Of a DNA stretch of 64,000 nucleotides, positions 44,365 through 54,562 are shown piece after piece. The first letter of the stretch is position 1. Each line of letters starts with the position of its first letter. The stretch is from a virus: positions 3,855 through 67,854 of IMG/VR virus record IMGVR_UViG_3300037102_000029. One strand, written 5' to 3'. The translations under genes and the position numbers were made by a program. The notes beneath the pieces were generated by a model. It saw only the letters and a program-made list of their open reading frames with translations. It was not told the DNA's origin and searched no databases.

Positions 44365-44823
44365 ATGGCACGTGGAAAAGTAACGGTTGGAAAGAAGCAG
44401 ACTGTTAGACAAGGCAATGCAGCGGTTCCTGGTTATTCAGCAGCAGTCGCATCGGGATCAGCTGCGTCGGACGCCGGTTTCCAGAAACCCGTTAGCGCCA
44501 GTCCGGCAGCGGTCGCAACGGGTGCGAATGTAAGCAGCGCACCAATCGTCGGAGCTGCAGGCGCAGGAACGCCGTCAATGAAAACCGGCACGCGCACAAA
44601 GCCAGTGCAAGGACCTGTGCCAAACATCGGCGCGAGGACTAAGGTCAAAGGCGGTAAGGTTCCGAACACCGGAAGCATCAATCGTCCGAAACAAGGCCCA
44701 GGGCCAAACGTAGGAACTCGAAACCCCGCGAGAGCCGTTGGGACGCCGCCAAACGTAGGAACGCGCACAAAGCCAGTAACGAAGACTCAGCCGAATGTAG
44801 GAACGCGGACCAGACCTAAGTAA
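44365..44823 (+). CDS. Highly basic disordered protein with PN(V/I/T)G(T/A/S)R-type repeats
   Basis: Starts MARGKVTVGKKQTVRQG; one acidic residue in 152 aa; five PNxGxx repeats. Confidence 0.75.
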   Translation: MARGKVTVGKKQTVRQGNAAVPGYSAAVASGSAASDAGFQKPVSASPAAVATGANVSSAPIVGAAGAGTPSMKTGTRTKPVQGPVPNIGARTKVKGGKVPNTGSINRPKQGPGPNVGTRNPARAVGTPPNVGTRTKPVTKTQPNVGTRTRPK

Positions 44824-45239
44824 TGTCATTCAAACATTCGATGGGACGCAACAACAAGGCGCGATGCAAGGACGGCAGTCACTTGGAGTATGAAATCATC
44901 AATGTAGACAAAGGCAGTAAAGACTCATATATGGCGTCCAACGAGTCGTACCACGGTGGATCAAATGATTCAGACTCCGGAACGGCTCACGTATTCTTTC
45001 GATTATCGTAAGGAACGAACCGAACCCGAACTGAAAGATGAATCTGTTCCGTTGAAACCCGTAAGTCAACCGTGGATGTAAATGTTTGAACACGAAGGCG
45101 AAGGTTGTGACCTGCGATGCCACCAAACGGCAGAACAGATTGCTCGTCGCTATATGGATAACTTACAGAATCTAATGCGTAATGCGGAAGGGATCACGTT
45201 GAAAGTCTATTACGAGGCTGCGTTCGCGCAGGAGGACAG

Positions 45240-45410
45240 ATGACTGCAGACAAAGACGACCTCGAGAACGAAGACCGGCATATCCTGACGCTTGAAAACG
45301 AACTCGAAGCAACCGATGGCGGTCAGGACGAAGACGAGACCAACGAAGACGAGCCTCGAGACGAGGAAGCCTCAGAACAAGAGGATCAAAACGACGAAGG
45401 GGAGGGTTGA
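45240..45410 (+). CDS. 56-aa very acidic peptide
   Basis: MTADKDDLENEDRHILTLENELEATDGGQDEDETNEDEPRDEEASEQEDQNDEGEG; 26 D/E; SD AGGAGG. Confidence 0.7.
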   Translation: MTADKDDLENEDRHILTLENELEATDGGQDEDETNEDEPRDEEASEQEDQNDEGEG

Positions 45411-45412
45411 TA

Positions 45413-45574
45413 ATGCCAATTCAAAAGAAAGGTAAAGGTAAAGGACTGAAGAAGAAAGGCGCGAAGGGTGGTTACACTCTTACGAGTCCTAAGACTGGCA
45501 AGGTTCTTGCACAAGGATCGAAGGCAGCCGTTACCAAGAGAGCAAAACAGATCGCATTCTTTAGAAAGCAATAA
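45413..45574 (+). CDS. 53-aa basic peptide
   Basis: MPIQKKGKGKGLKKKGAKGGYTLTSPKTGKVLAQGSKAAVTKRAKQIAFFRKQ; no D/E; SD GGAGG. Confidence 0.7.
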   Translation: MPIQKKGKGKGLKKKGAKGGYTLTSPKTGKVLAQGSKAAVTKRAKQIAFFRKQ

Positions 45575-45588
45575 CGAGGTGAGCTTCT

Positions 45589-45822
45589 TTGGACAACTCT
45601 TCCGGATGTTCTTTCTCCGTTGACGAAAATAAGCTCGTATTAAGGGTTTCCAGAAGCGATTTTGGAATAATTAAGCAACATTTAGCGGATAATCAAGCGC
45701 GAGGCAAGAGATTAACGATAATTCGCATCGAAATCACACCGGAAAACGTCAAATTAAAGACCGTCCAGAAGGCCGTTGAACAACTTACTGGCAGTGTATT
45801 GCTCCGATTGGAATCTGATTAA
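45589..45822 (+). CDS. Hypothetical protein
   Basis: TTG start after GAGGTGA SD. Confidence 0.55.
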   Translation: MDNSSGCSFSVDENKLVLRVSRSDFGIIKQHLADNQARGKRLTIIRIEITPENVKLKTVQKAVEQLTGSVLLRLESD

Positions 45823-45845
45823 TCGTTTCCCGTAGGAAACACGTA

Positions 45846-47324
45846 ATGGCAACAGCGAAAGGTCGGCGAATTAAATCGCCGTGGAAGAGAGATGAACGTG
45901 TAGATGGCGATATCGACCACATCGACCTTGACCTTGGCGATGACGACATTCCCTTTCAACCCGAATCACACGATATCGAGGCTCTGAAGTTAGGCGCAGA
46001 ACCTCCTGAATACGGCCCCGAGATCATTGGCCGTGAAGTAAGGCCTCGTGCTTTTCCCCAAAAGAGTTTTCTTCCATTTTTCTTAGAGAAGCGACGCTAT
46101 CTAGTGGCCGAAGGCGGTGCAGGTGCTGGCAAGTCAGTCGCCGCGGCGCAGAAAGTCATAATGAAGTCGCTCAAGTATCCTAATTCAATGACGATCGTAA
46201 TGCGAGCGTGGTCGCCACGGTTGCGCGTTACGGCTTACCGAATGCTCATTCAGATTTTGAATGAGAATCTGATCCCGTATCATCCCAACAACACCACTAT
46301 GAAGATCACGTTCGAGAACGGATCAGTCATACAAGGAATGGCGATCGTGGATTCTCAAGGCGGTGAGGTTGCAGCCTCAATCAAGTCCCTTACCGATATC
46401 TCAGGGATGTGGATTGAGGAGCCGACAGAGCTTTCACTTGAAGAATTTGAGATGATCCGGATGCGCCTTCGTGGCCGTGAACTTCCCGAAGGACAATCCC
46501 GACAACTTATCTTAACATTCAATCCTATCGACCGGAACCATTGGTTGCACGAACTGTTCTTTGACGCACAGGATCAACCATTGGAAGATGAAGACACAAG
46601 CGTTCGCCACTACACCTATAAAGACAACGAGTTTATTGATGAGGCTTACAAGAAATCCCTTGAGAATATCAAGGACAAGAACCGATTCAAGGTGTACACG
46701 CTCGGACTCTGGGGTGAACTCGGAGCGATGGTCTATGAGAACTGGGAGCCGTGGGGCTTCGAGCCGAGAGAGACGAAGTTCGATACGATCATCGGAGGTG
46801 CTGACTTCGGTTACTCGCACCCTTCAGCCTTCTGCGTGATGGGCATTGACGATGAGAACCACGACCTCTACGTCATTGACGAGGTGTATCAGCGCGAGGA
46901 GCTTAACCGAGACTTCATTGATTCAATCAAGTCCAAATTGAACGCGAATGGCATAGCCGAAAACATCCCTATTTATTGTGACTCGGCGAATCCTGCGAGC
47001 ATCAAAGAGATGCAGATTGGCGGATTAAACGCGCAGCCAGCGCAGAAGAATGTCCTCGACGGCATTGGCGCCGTTAGGCAATATAGTATCAAGATTCATA
47101 CTCAATGCGACCACTTCCTTTCTGAAATCGGCGGCTACCAACGAGCGAAGGATCAGGCGGGTAGAGTTATGGAACTGCCGAACAAGAAAGCAGGCTTCGA
47201 TGATCTTATGGACGCTATGAGATACGGCGTCTACACTTTTTCCCTGACACGCCGGCTTTACAAAAGCATTATGCCAGGAGTCAGCTACGGGCGCGGACCC
47301 TACGAATACATTGACCAGTTGTGA
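45846..47324 (+). CDS. terL: Terminase large subunit (PBSX/SPP1-like)
   Basis: Walker A GGAGAGKS, Walker B WIEE, LTFNP coupling motif, nuclease motifs GADFGYSHP, YCDSA, DDLMDAMRY. Confidence 0.96.
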   Translation: MATAKGRRIKSPWKRDERVDGDIDHIDLDLGDDDIPFQPESHDIEALKLGAEPPEYGPEIIGREVRPRAFPQKSFLPFFLEKRRYLVAEGGAGAGKSVAAAQKVIMKSLKYPNSMTIVMRAWSPRLRVTAYRMLIQILNENLIPYHPNNTTMKITFENGSVIQGMAIVDSQGGEVAASIKSLTDISGMWIEEPTELSLEEFEMIRMRLRGRELPEGQSRQLILTFNPIDRNHWLHELFFDAQDQPLEDEDTSVRHYTYKDNEFIDEAYKKSLENIKDKNRFKVYTLGLWGELGAMVYENWEPWGFEPRETKFDTIIGGADFGYSHPSAFCVMGIDDENHDLYVIDEVYQREELNRDFIDSIKSKLNANGIAENIPIYCDSANPASIKEMQIGGLNAQPAQKNVLDGIGAVRQYSIKIHTQCDHFLSEIGGYQRAKDQAGRVMELPNKKAGFDDLMDAMRYGVYTFSLTRRLYKSIMPGVSYGRGPYEYIDQL

Positions 47325-47330
47325 TTAACA

Positions 47331-48899
47331 ATGGCACCTACTAAAAAAGCTACAGGCAAGAAGACTCCGGCGAAACGCCGAGCGCCAGGAGCCGGACGGC
47401 CTGCCGGTTCAATGGCTGAGATCGGTAAGCCAGGACTGCGAGAAGCTTATGGGTTCATCTTAGAAGAGTGGCTTCCTAAGTTACAGAACCGCAAGCAACG
47501 GCTTCGCACCTATAAGACTATGATGGGGACCGACGCCACGGTTGCGGCTGTCGGCAACGCTACGAAGATGGCTATCCATCAGGTCGAGTTTTTCATACAA
47601 CCTGCCGGAACGCTTAGCGGCGACAAGGCCTTCGCAGACTTTGCTACTGATTGTATTTTCAATTCACTCGATATGTCGTGGCAGGAGAAGTTGAATGAGA
47701 TCCTAACCTATCCTGATATGGGCTTCGGTTTGTTTGAGATGGTTTGGATGCGCCGCCCTGACGGCCACATAGGCTGGAAGAAGTGGGGATTCAGGCCACA
47801 AGAAACCGTTTACCAGTGGACATTCGACCCGACGACGCAGGAGCTCACAGGCTTCAAACAGCAAGTGCTTATTCCTGCATCAGAATTTATCGCTATCCCG
47901 ATAGAGAAGTGCATTCACTTCCGCCACAACAGCACCAAGAACAACCCTGAAGGTGAAAGTTGGTGGCGCGGTGTCTATATGGCTTGGTACGCGAAACACA
48001 AACTCGAGCTTATCGAGCTTATCGGCATTGAGCGAAACGTAGCGGGACTGCCAGAAGTGCGAATCCCGTCCGAGAACTGGCTTTCTAAGAACAGAAAAGT
48101 GCTCAAGAAGTATCAGGACATTGCCGATAACGTTCGCAGAAATGAAGACGCTAACTTTGTTATCCCTTCAGATGTGTGGCCAGCAACCAGCGTCCCGATG
48201 TATGCGATAGGTCTTACCGGCGGCCAGCAACTTACCACACGTCAAACAGGACTTCCTACAATCCAGCCTATCCAAAGATACCAGGCAGAGATCGCTCGAG
48301 GACTGCAGGCTGACTTTATGCTGCTTCCAACAGGCGGTCCAGGTTCCTACGCACTCTCGAGCAATAAATCGAGTTTCTTTGTTATGTTTATCGAATCAAT
48401 CTGCGATGCTATCTGCGAAACAATAAACAAGCAGGCGATGACGCAGTTGGCCGAATACAACGACTTCGGCGCAGTTTCAGGCATTCCGAAACTGGTTCAC
48501 GGCAACGTCGCTAAGACTGAGGTTGATGACCTCGGCAAGTTGATGGCGAACCTCGTCAAGGCGAGCGCAGCGATTTTCCCCAACGACGACCTCTTGAATG
48601 CAATACTCGACGAGGCGGGACTGCCACACGTGGACACAACTGCGAACAACGAGATTGCCAACCACATTAAAGAAGCGATGGCAGCAGCAGCAGCAGCCAC
48701 ACCACAGCAGGCAGCGTGGGTAGAAGGGCCGACAACTAACGAGACGTCAGCGGACCTCGCAGGCACAACAGTCACAGCGGCAGAACCACAGGCACGCGCC
48801 GCTGCAGCGCCTCCGCCGTTGGCCAAGCCGACGCAGGCGCCTACTAAACCTAAACCCAAAAAGAAGGTAACAGCACGAACTAAGACGAGGAGGGCATAA
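47331..48899 (+). CDS. Portal protein (DUF935/Mu gp29-like)
   Basis: Follows TerL; YKTM..DATV, GFGLFEMVW, RPQETV, NNPEGES, GIERNVAGLP, GSYALS motifs. Confidence 0.9.
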   Translation: MAPTKKATGKKTPAKRRAPGAGRPAGSMAEIGKPGLREAYGFILEEWLPKLQNRKQRLRTYKTMMGTDATVAAVGNATKMAIHQVEFFIQPAGTLSGDKAFADFATDCIFNSLDMSWQEKLNEILTYPDMGFGLFEMVWMRRPDGHIGWKKWGFRPQETVYQWTFDPTTQELTGFKQQVLIPASEFIAIPIEKCIHFRHNSTKNNPEGESWWRGVYMAWYAKHKLELIELIGIERNVAGLPEVRIPSENWLSKNRKVLKKYQDIADNVRRNEDANFVIPSDVWPATSVPMYAIGLTGGQQLTTRQTGLPTIQPIQRYQAEIARGLQADFMLLPTGGPGSYALSSNKSSFFVMFIESICDAICETINKQAMTQLAEYNDFGAVSGIPKLVHGNVAKTEVDDLGKLMANLVKASAAIFPNDDLLNAILDEAGLPHVDTTANNEIANHIKEAMAAAAAATPQQAAWVEGPTTNETSADLAGTTVTAAEPQARAAAAPPPLAKPTQAPTKPKPKKKVTARTKTRRA

Positions 48900-48902
48900 G
48901 AT

Positions 48903-50954
48903 ATGTCGATTTCAGAACAAGAATTAGAGAAGGGCGCCCTGGATCAATCGCTCATTGCTTCAGTGAGCGTCACACCAGCCGTCCTCGGTAAGTTTTCGGA
49001 CGCACAACTCGCTAAGGCGTGGGGAGCCTATAACGAATGGTTCGGCGACGCAATCCGAATGGATCAGCCAGCGCACGCATTCGTCACGCCAGGCGAGAAC
49101 ATTTACAACGAAATGAAAAAGCGTGGCTTGCGGATCAGCAACCGTATGCCGCTTTCTCCAATGTTCACCAATCCAAAAGAGGTGAATCTGCCGTTAGCCA
49201 AAGCAGGTATGCCAATGGCCTCGGCAGGAACTACGTGGGATGAGGGTGCCGCAAGAGCCGCACTTCGGAAATGGGCTACAAAACCAGATGGAACAGTTGA
49301 TACGGCCAAGTACGGACAGGGCTTCTTGTTTCACGGCACCCCGTCAACTTTACTGACGTCATACAAATTCCCCATAGCGACAGTTATAAACGGGACACTT
49401 ACTGCGGTGCCGAATGCGATTCGAGCGGCAAAAGGGCGCTTGCTTGGAAGCAGTATTCCTGCCGCTGCTAAAGCTCGAATCGCCTCAGTCCTGGCAGGTT
49501 ATTCAAAGCGGCTCGGCTGGAACGATATGCACAAGAGCGCCGTGGAACCGCAAATACCAGTCCTAAAAGAAGGACAGCCACTCATAGCATTCGTTGAAGG
49601 TTCGCCGGATGAGACTGAGCTAAAACGCGGCAAACCAATGGTAGGCGTCGCGGGAGCGATGTTCGATACGAATTACCTCGCGCCGCTAGGATTGAAGCGG
49701 TCTGACGTAGCAATCCTGCATCAGGTTCCGGATATGCTGAGGGGCAAAGACGGCCACGCTCGCGGACCTAAACCTAATGAAGTCCTTGAATGGCAAGACA
49801 ACCTCGCACAAGAACTTGACAACCTTGATCCGGACCTCACGATAGCGCTCGGCCAGGGCGTAGGCGACACTATCATGGCAGACTTTGTGCTGCCACATCC
49901 GAAAGTCCTCACGAAGATGGCTAAGTCTGGCTCTGTAAACCTCGCCGCTTCGGAGCTCGTTCGTAAGATTAAGGTAATAAAAGGAGTTTTAGCTGGTGGG
50001 ATCGAGCCTCAGTTCGTGGCAATCGACATGGCGAAAGCCGCAGCGTTACCACTAGCGCACGAAGATATTGGCTGGAACGAAGGACAGGCACGCAAAACAC
50101 TCAAAGCGTGGGCTAAGAAGCCTGACGGAACGATTGACACGGGCAAATATGGGCGAGCCTTCCTATATGATCCAGGGACCGGAAAAACAAGCGACATGAA
50201 ATTCCCGATCGCTACGGTCATTGATGGTGTATTATTTGCTATTCCTGACGCCATTCGCGCAGCGAAAGAAAGGTTTGATCAGGCGCAGGGAATACCGGCT
50301 GCAGACAAAGCAAAGATAGCCGGACAATTAGCTGCTTACTCGAAGAAATTGGGCTGGCCGACCGGAACATCCGGTGATACAAATAGCACAAGTTCAAATA
50401 TGAGTAAGTCCGCTACGTTATCTGATAACGAGCATCAATTCGGGCTGTTTATGGCCGATGCCCCTGACAAAAGGAACGTGGTGCAAGGGGTTGTTTATGC
50501 GCCGAACCAGCTGGATGACCAAAACCATTGGGCGCCCCCGGAAGTTTTGACAGACGCGGCACATTGGTATATGGAGCATTCGCAGCTGGCGGATACCGAG
50601 CACCAGAAACTGGCCGACGCACGAGTTGTTGAGAGTTACATCACGAGCCAACCTGAAAAGCTTGGAGATCGTGACATACCTGTTGGCAGTTGGCGTGTAG
50701 CACACAGCGTTTCAGACGACCTGAAAAAGGAAATCGACGCTGGAACCTACAAGGGTCAGAGCATGTTCGGGAGATTAGAAGGCCTCTACGGCGAAGCTCC
50801 GCCTGGATATATGGCGAAGAACACCGGAGATGTCGATACGATCCTGAAACTGACAAAGATACGACCGGCAACGGTCGGGTTCGTTGCACAAGCAGCGAAC
50901 AAAATGCACACGATAGTAGCGACCTGTGAAGGCGCAGACTGCCCATTGAATTAA
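48903..50954 (+). CDS. Multidomain prohead protease: duplicated helical domain flanking a UDG-like domain, C-terminal XkdF-like protease
   Basis: C-terminal VQGVVYAPN..D...AAHWY...EH...VVESY...PVGSW...G.YKGQSMFG is the XkdF pattern; central GKPMVGVAG...PDLTIALG...PHP resembles family-4 UDG. Confidence 0.8.
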   Translation: MSISEQELEKGALDQSLIASVSVTPAVLGKFSDAQLAKAWGAYNEWFGDAIRMDQPAHAFVTPGENIYNEMKKRGLRISNRMPLSPMFTNPKEVNLPLAKAGMPMASAGTTWDEGAARAALRKWATKPDGTVDTAKYGQGFLFHGTPSTLLTSYKFPIATVINGTLTAVPNAIRAAKGRLLGSSIPAAAKARIASVLAGYSKRLGWNDMHKSAVEPQIPVLKEGQPLIAFVEGSPDETELKRGKPMVGVAGAMFDTNYLAPLGLKRSDVAILHQVPDMLRGKDGHARGPKPNEVLEWQDNLAQELDNLDPDLTIALGQGVGDTIMADFVLPHPKVLTKMAKSGSVNLAASELVRKIKVIKGVLAGGIEPQFVAIDMAKAAALPLAHEDIGWNEGQARKTLKAWAKKPDGTIDTGKYGRAFLYDPGTGKTSDMKFPIATVIDGVLFAIPDAIRAAKERFDQAQGIPAADKAKIAGQLAAYSKKLGWPTGTSGDTNSTSSNMSKSATLSDNEHQFGLFMADAPDKRNVVQGVVYAPNQLDDQNHWAPPEVLTDAAHWYMEHSQLADTEHQKLADARVVESYITSQPEKLGDRDIPVGSWRVAHSVSDDLKKEIDAGTYKGQSMFGRLEGLYGEAPPGYMAKNTGDVDTILKLTKIRPATVGFVAQAANKMHTIVATCEGADCPLN

Positions 50955-50970
50955 AAAATAGGAGAACATC

Positions 50971-51702
50971 ATGGAAGACAATTTCATGGAGACTCTTCCA
51001 GAGTTGGACGCAACAGTTGACGCAAAGCTTACTGAACTCTTTGAAAAAGAAGGGACGAGTGAGCAGGTCCAGGAATATACACGCCTCGGCGTGCGTTCAC
51101 TGGCACTTGGCGCTGACGAATTAAAGGGCGTCGTAGGCTCGCTGCCTCAACTACTTGGCGGCGAAAAACCTGCAGAGACTCCGGAAGTAAAGACAGGGAT
51201 GGCAAAGAGCGGAAGCGAACTGCCTGATCTGGCAAACGTCCCGAAGGAAGCGAAGCCTTACGTCGAAATGCTTCTCAAAAAGAGCGCAGAGAATGAGAAG
51301 ATCGCTAAAGAGGCGATGGCGAAGGCCGCTAAATACGAAGAAGAAAGACAAGTCGAAGTCTTCGGAAACAAGGCGAAGGATTTTGAGAACCTTGCGATTC
51401 CGGACCTCGCCAACATCCTGCGCGAAGTCGCGACCAAAGCGCCAGACGTCTACAAAGGTCTGGAAGACGGTCTTACCGGCACAAGCAAGCTGATGGCGAA
51501 GAGCATGACAGCAAGCAAGTCTTTCGAGGAACTTGGCAAAGGCTACACTCCTGACTCGCCGCAAGGCAAAGTTGATGCTATCGTAAAGCAAGCAATGGAG
51601 AAAGCCGGCGGCAAGGTCAAGAAAACAGCTCTGCTTCGTGAAGCCTACAATACTTCAGGCGCTTACGAAGACGAGATTGAGACGCGAAGGGGTCGAGCGT
51701 AA
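50971..51702 (+). CDS. Capsid scaffolding protein
   Basis: Charged helical protein between protease and capsid genes; FEELGKG motif near the C-terminus. Confidence 0.7.
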   Translation: MEDNFMETLPELDATVDAKLTELFEKEGTSEQVQEYTRLGVRSLALGADELKGVVGSLPQLLGGEKPAETPEVKTGMAKSGSELPDLANVPKEAKPYVEMLLKKSAENEKIAKEAMAKAAKYEEERQVEVFGNKAKDFENLAIPDLANILREVATKAPDVYKGLEDGLTGTSKLMAKSMTASKSFEELGKGYTPDSPQGKVDAIVKQAMEKAGGKVKKTALLREAYNTSGAYEDEIETRRGRA

Positions 51703-52496
51703 TGGCAACTGAACAAATGGGCAATGTATATTCGATGCATGCAGATACGAGCATCTGCACTGCCGACATTACGAACCCAACAGGCCTCATTTACTCAGTC
51801 GTTCAGATCGACAGCAACGGACGAGCCGCTATCGGAGCTACAGCCGCGCCTTCAATGGGCATACTTCAAACCAACCCGCGAAACTTGGATGACATTTGCA
51901 TGGTTATGACAACCGGCAAATCGTTCTACCTTGTGGGAGTTGGCGGAGCAATCCCAGGGTGGGCTATGGAAGCCTCGAACGATGGATCAGGAACCCTCAT
52001 TCACGCAACTGGATCAAACCCAATCGTCGGTGTAGCGATGACTCAGCAAGCCGCTGGCGACATAGGCGAAGTTCTACTCGACAACAAGGGTCCAAGCCTC
52101 GGCGTATCCGCAGGCGCACCAGTGATTCAACCAGTGAGAATACCACTCGCTACACTTCTGAGTGACGGGAATATCGTCACAGGCATTCCGGTTCCTGCAA
52201 CGGGGACTATCAAGTCAATGTATGCGGTGATTGATACACCTTGCAGTGTAGCAGGCAAGAGCGGTTCGCTAACGTTGACCTCGACTGCAGGCGTAGTAAC
52301 CGGCGGTGTGCTATCGCTCACGTCGGCGAATTGTGGTCAGGCAGGTGCAACAGCGGCTATCCAAGCTTCCGCAATCGGCGGCGCAGGTGCATCAGTAACA
52401 GCAGCAACGACACTCGGTTTAGCCTACGCGCACAGCACGACCTTTACGAATGCGGACACCGGAGCAATTTGGGTGTTCTTTGTGACTTCGACATAA
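51702..52496 (+). CDS. Capsid cement/decoration protein with C-terminal beta extension
   Basis: GILQTNP...G...IVGVAMT...AGDIGEVLL resembles DUF2190-type cement; precedes the major capsid gene. Confidence 0.7.
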   Translation: MATEQMGNVYSMHADTSICTADITNPTGLIYSVVQIDSNGRAAIGATAAPSMGILQTNPRNLDDICMVMTTGKSFYLVGVGGAIPGWAMEASNDGSGTLIHATGSNPIVGVAMTQQAAGDIGEVLLDNKGPSLGVSAGAPVIQPVRIPLATLLSDGNIVTGIPVPATGTIKSMYAVIDTPCSVAGKSGSLTLTSTAGVVTGGVLSLTSANCGQAGATAAIQASAIGGAGASVTAATTLGLAYAHSTTFTNADTGAIWVFFVTST

Positions 52497-52510
52497 GGAG
52501 GTGAAGAAAA

Positions 52511-53509
52511 ATGGAACCAACCTATGACATGATGCACATCAGCAGGGCGCTCACTAATTACAGTGAGGAATACACCCAAGCCGATGATGCGTTCGTAGCA
52601 AGTTTAGTGTGTCCCAACCTCCCCGTCGAGGACAAAGCAGGTCAGTATTGGAAGTACAACCAAGAAGACTTCATGAGGGATGAGGTTCAGGAACGCGCTG
52701 CAGGGACTCCATCGGTCGCGACAGAATACGGCCTAACCAAAGGCACGTATGCAGTCAAGCGATGGGCCTTGAAGAAAATCCTCACAGACGAGGACTTTAA
52801 GATCGCGGACTCAATCTTCGATCTACACGCCGACGCGACGGAACTGTTGACCGACAAGATGCTTCTCAAAAGAGAAAGTGACCTTATCGCAACCGCGATG
52901 ACCGCAAACTCTTGGGATTCTGGCAACCAGTTTACCGGAGAAGCGCAGACGGCAAACCCGACCGGGGTATCCGGAGGTTCAACGTTCTGCTACTGGTCTG
53001 ACCGGACCAACAGCTCCCCTGTTGACGACATTCTGAACGCAGCGACGGACCAGCAAGAACTTACCGGCAAGTATCCGAACACACTGATTATTGGGCCTCG
53101 GGTTTTCTTAGCATTAAAGATGCACCCCGATATTAAAGACCAATACCAGTATGTCAGTGCCGACTCGATCACGGTCGAGATGCTCGCACGTGTTCTCGAA
53201 ATCGACAACATCTACGTACCGAAGGTAGTCACCAACACCGCAAAGCGTGGACAGACCCCCGTATTCAAGTTTAGTTACGGGAAAGACGCGCTTCTGTGCT
53301 ACACAGCACCCAACATTGGGCCTAAGACAGCGACCTCAATGGTCACGCTGACTTGGAGCAATGCGCCGGGGGCTGCGGCTGGCGGTCAGGCTATCTCGGA
53401 ATGGGTCGACCCCGAGACGAAGACAAACAAACTAGAGATCGAAGCTTTCTGGGCCTCAAAGGTAGTCGCTACTCGCATGGGCAGCTACTTCACCGGCGCA
53501 GTGGCTTAA
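52511..53509 (+). CDS. Major capsid protein (HK97 fold, gpE-like)
   Basis: LTNYSEEY...FVASLVCP.LPV...W.D..NSSPVDDI...PNTLIIG..VF.ALK.HP; strongest SD (AAGGAGGTGA). Confidence 0.92.
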   Translation: MEPTYDMMHISRALTNYSEEYTQADDAFVASLVCPNLPVEDKAGQYWKYNQEDFMRDEVQERAAGTPSVATEYGLTKGTYAVKRWALKKILTDEDFKIADSIFDLHADATELLTDKMLLKRESDLIATAMTANSWDSGNQFTGEAQTANPTGVSGGSTFCYWSDRTNSSPVDDILNAATDQQELTGKYPNTLIIGPRVFLALKMHPDIKDQYQYVSADSITVEMLARVLEIDNIYVPKVVTNTAKRGQTPVFKFSYGKDALLCYTAPNIGPKTATSMVTLTWSNAPGAAAGGQAISEWVDPETKTNKLEIEAFWASKVVATRMGSYFTGAVA

Positions 53510-53535
53510 ACGAACGACGTATCAAAGGTGAGAAA

Positions 53536-53949
53536 ATGCACTTCACGTACGGAGCTGTTCTTACAGACGTAGCAAACGTGGCAGATTGCCCTCTTGATTG
53601 GGTGCGTTTTCTCATCGGAGATACCGACGTTGATGATCCACAGAACCAGTTACTCGCCGACGAAGAAGTTCTAGCGCTTATTGGACTCATAGTTGACAAG
53701 GATGACCTTCACGCGCCGGCTGCGGATTGCGCGGAAGCCGTCGCAACCAAATATAGGAAGTATCCGCCTGAACGCACCGGCGCTTTATCGAACTCTGATC
53801 CGCGCTACATCGTTCAGCAATACGAAGAGCTGTCTGAGATTCTTAGAAGTCACGTATCCGGTGAGCCAATGGTCTATGCTGGCGGCCTTAATAGACAAAA
53901 GTATCCGCGAGCATTCGTTCAGGATATATGGGAGGATACGAGATATTGA
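53536..53949 (+). CDS. Head-tail adaptor
   Basis: DWVRFLIGDTD...LLADEEV motif; after the capsid gene; SD AGGTGA. Confidence 0.8.
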   Translation: MHFTYGAVLTDVANVADCPLDWVRFLIGDTDVDDPQNQLLADEEVLALIGLIVDKDDLHAPAADCAEAVATKYRKYPPERTGALSNSDPRYIVQQYEELSEILRSHVSGEPMVYAGGLNRQKYPRAFVQDIWEDTRY

Positions 53950-54290
53950 GACTCCCGCGTTTCATTTATTTTGGTGATACGATCGACATAGAAAGCAAGC
54001 CAGACGAACAAACTGCAGGCTCCGGCTGGCTCGACGAGTGGCCTACGTTCTTATCGAATGTTCCAGCAAAGGTAATCCCGACAAATGCAGAAGAGATTAT
54101 CGTTGGTGACAGACCTCAAGCTGAAATCGTTTATTCTATTATTTTAAAGTCAGATGTAAGGGGACTTGAATCTTCAATGCGTGTGATCTGGAAAAACCGA
54201 GAGTTATATATCACGGCAATCATGCCAGAAGTAGATAACAACGGCCTTCAGATTATAACGGCGCGAGAGCGCCAATATGACCTTACATAG
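53928..54290 (+). CDS. Head closure (head-tail joining) protein
   Basis: MRVIWKNRELYITAI beta pattern typical of SPP1 gp16-like proteins. Confidence 0.75.
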   Translation: MGGYEILRLPRFIYFGDTIDIESKPDEQTAGSGWLDEWPTFLSNVPAKVIPTNAEEIIVGDRPQAEIVYSIILKSDVRGLESSMRVIWKNRELYITAIMPEVDNNGLQIITARERQYDLT

Positions 54291-54302
54291 GAGGTGATAA
54301 CG

Positions 54303-54521
54303 GTGACGAAAAAGAAAGCAACGGAAAATGATAAAGTTCTGCGATCCGCAAACACAGCGACAGACCTTGCAGCGGCCGCAGTTGCGGTTCAACTCGTAGG
54401 AACCGATATTGGAAGTCCTAACGCTACCGGCAAAGCATATAAAAGCCTGCGTGCGACTCGTATGGAGCGCGATATGGTTAAGAAACTGAATCGTGCGGCA
54501 GGACGGTTGCACAGGTTATAA
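54303..54521 (+). CDS. Small basic hypothetical protein
   Basis: GTG start after SD AGGAGGTGAT. Confidence 0.55.
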   Translation: MTKKKATENDKVLRSANTATDLAAAAVAVQLVGTDIGSPNATGKAYKSLRATRMERDMVKKLNRAAGRLHRL

Positions 54522-54562
54522 TTGAAAAATATCATTAGAATGGCGGTAGGTGGAAAAAACTA

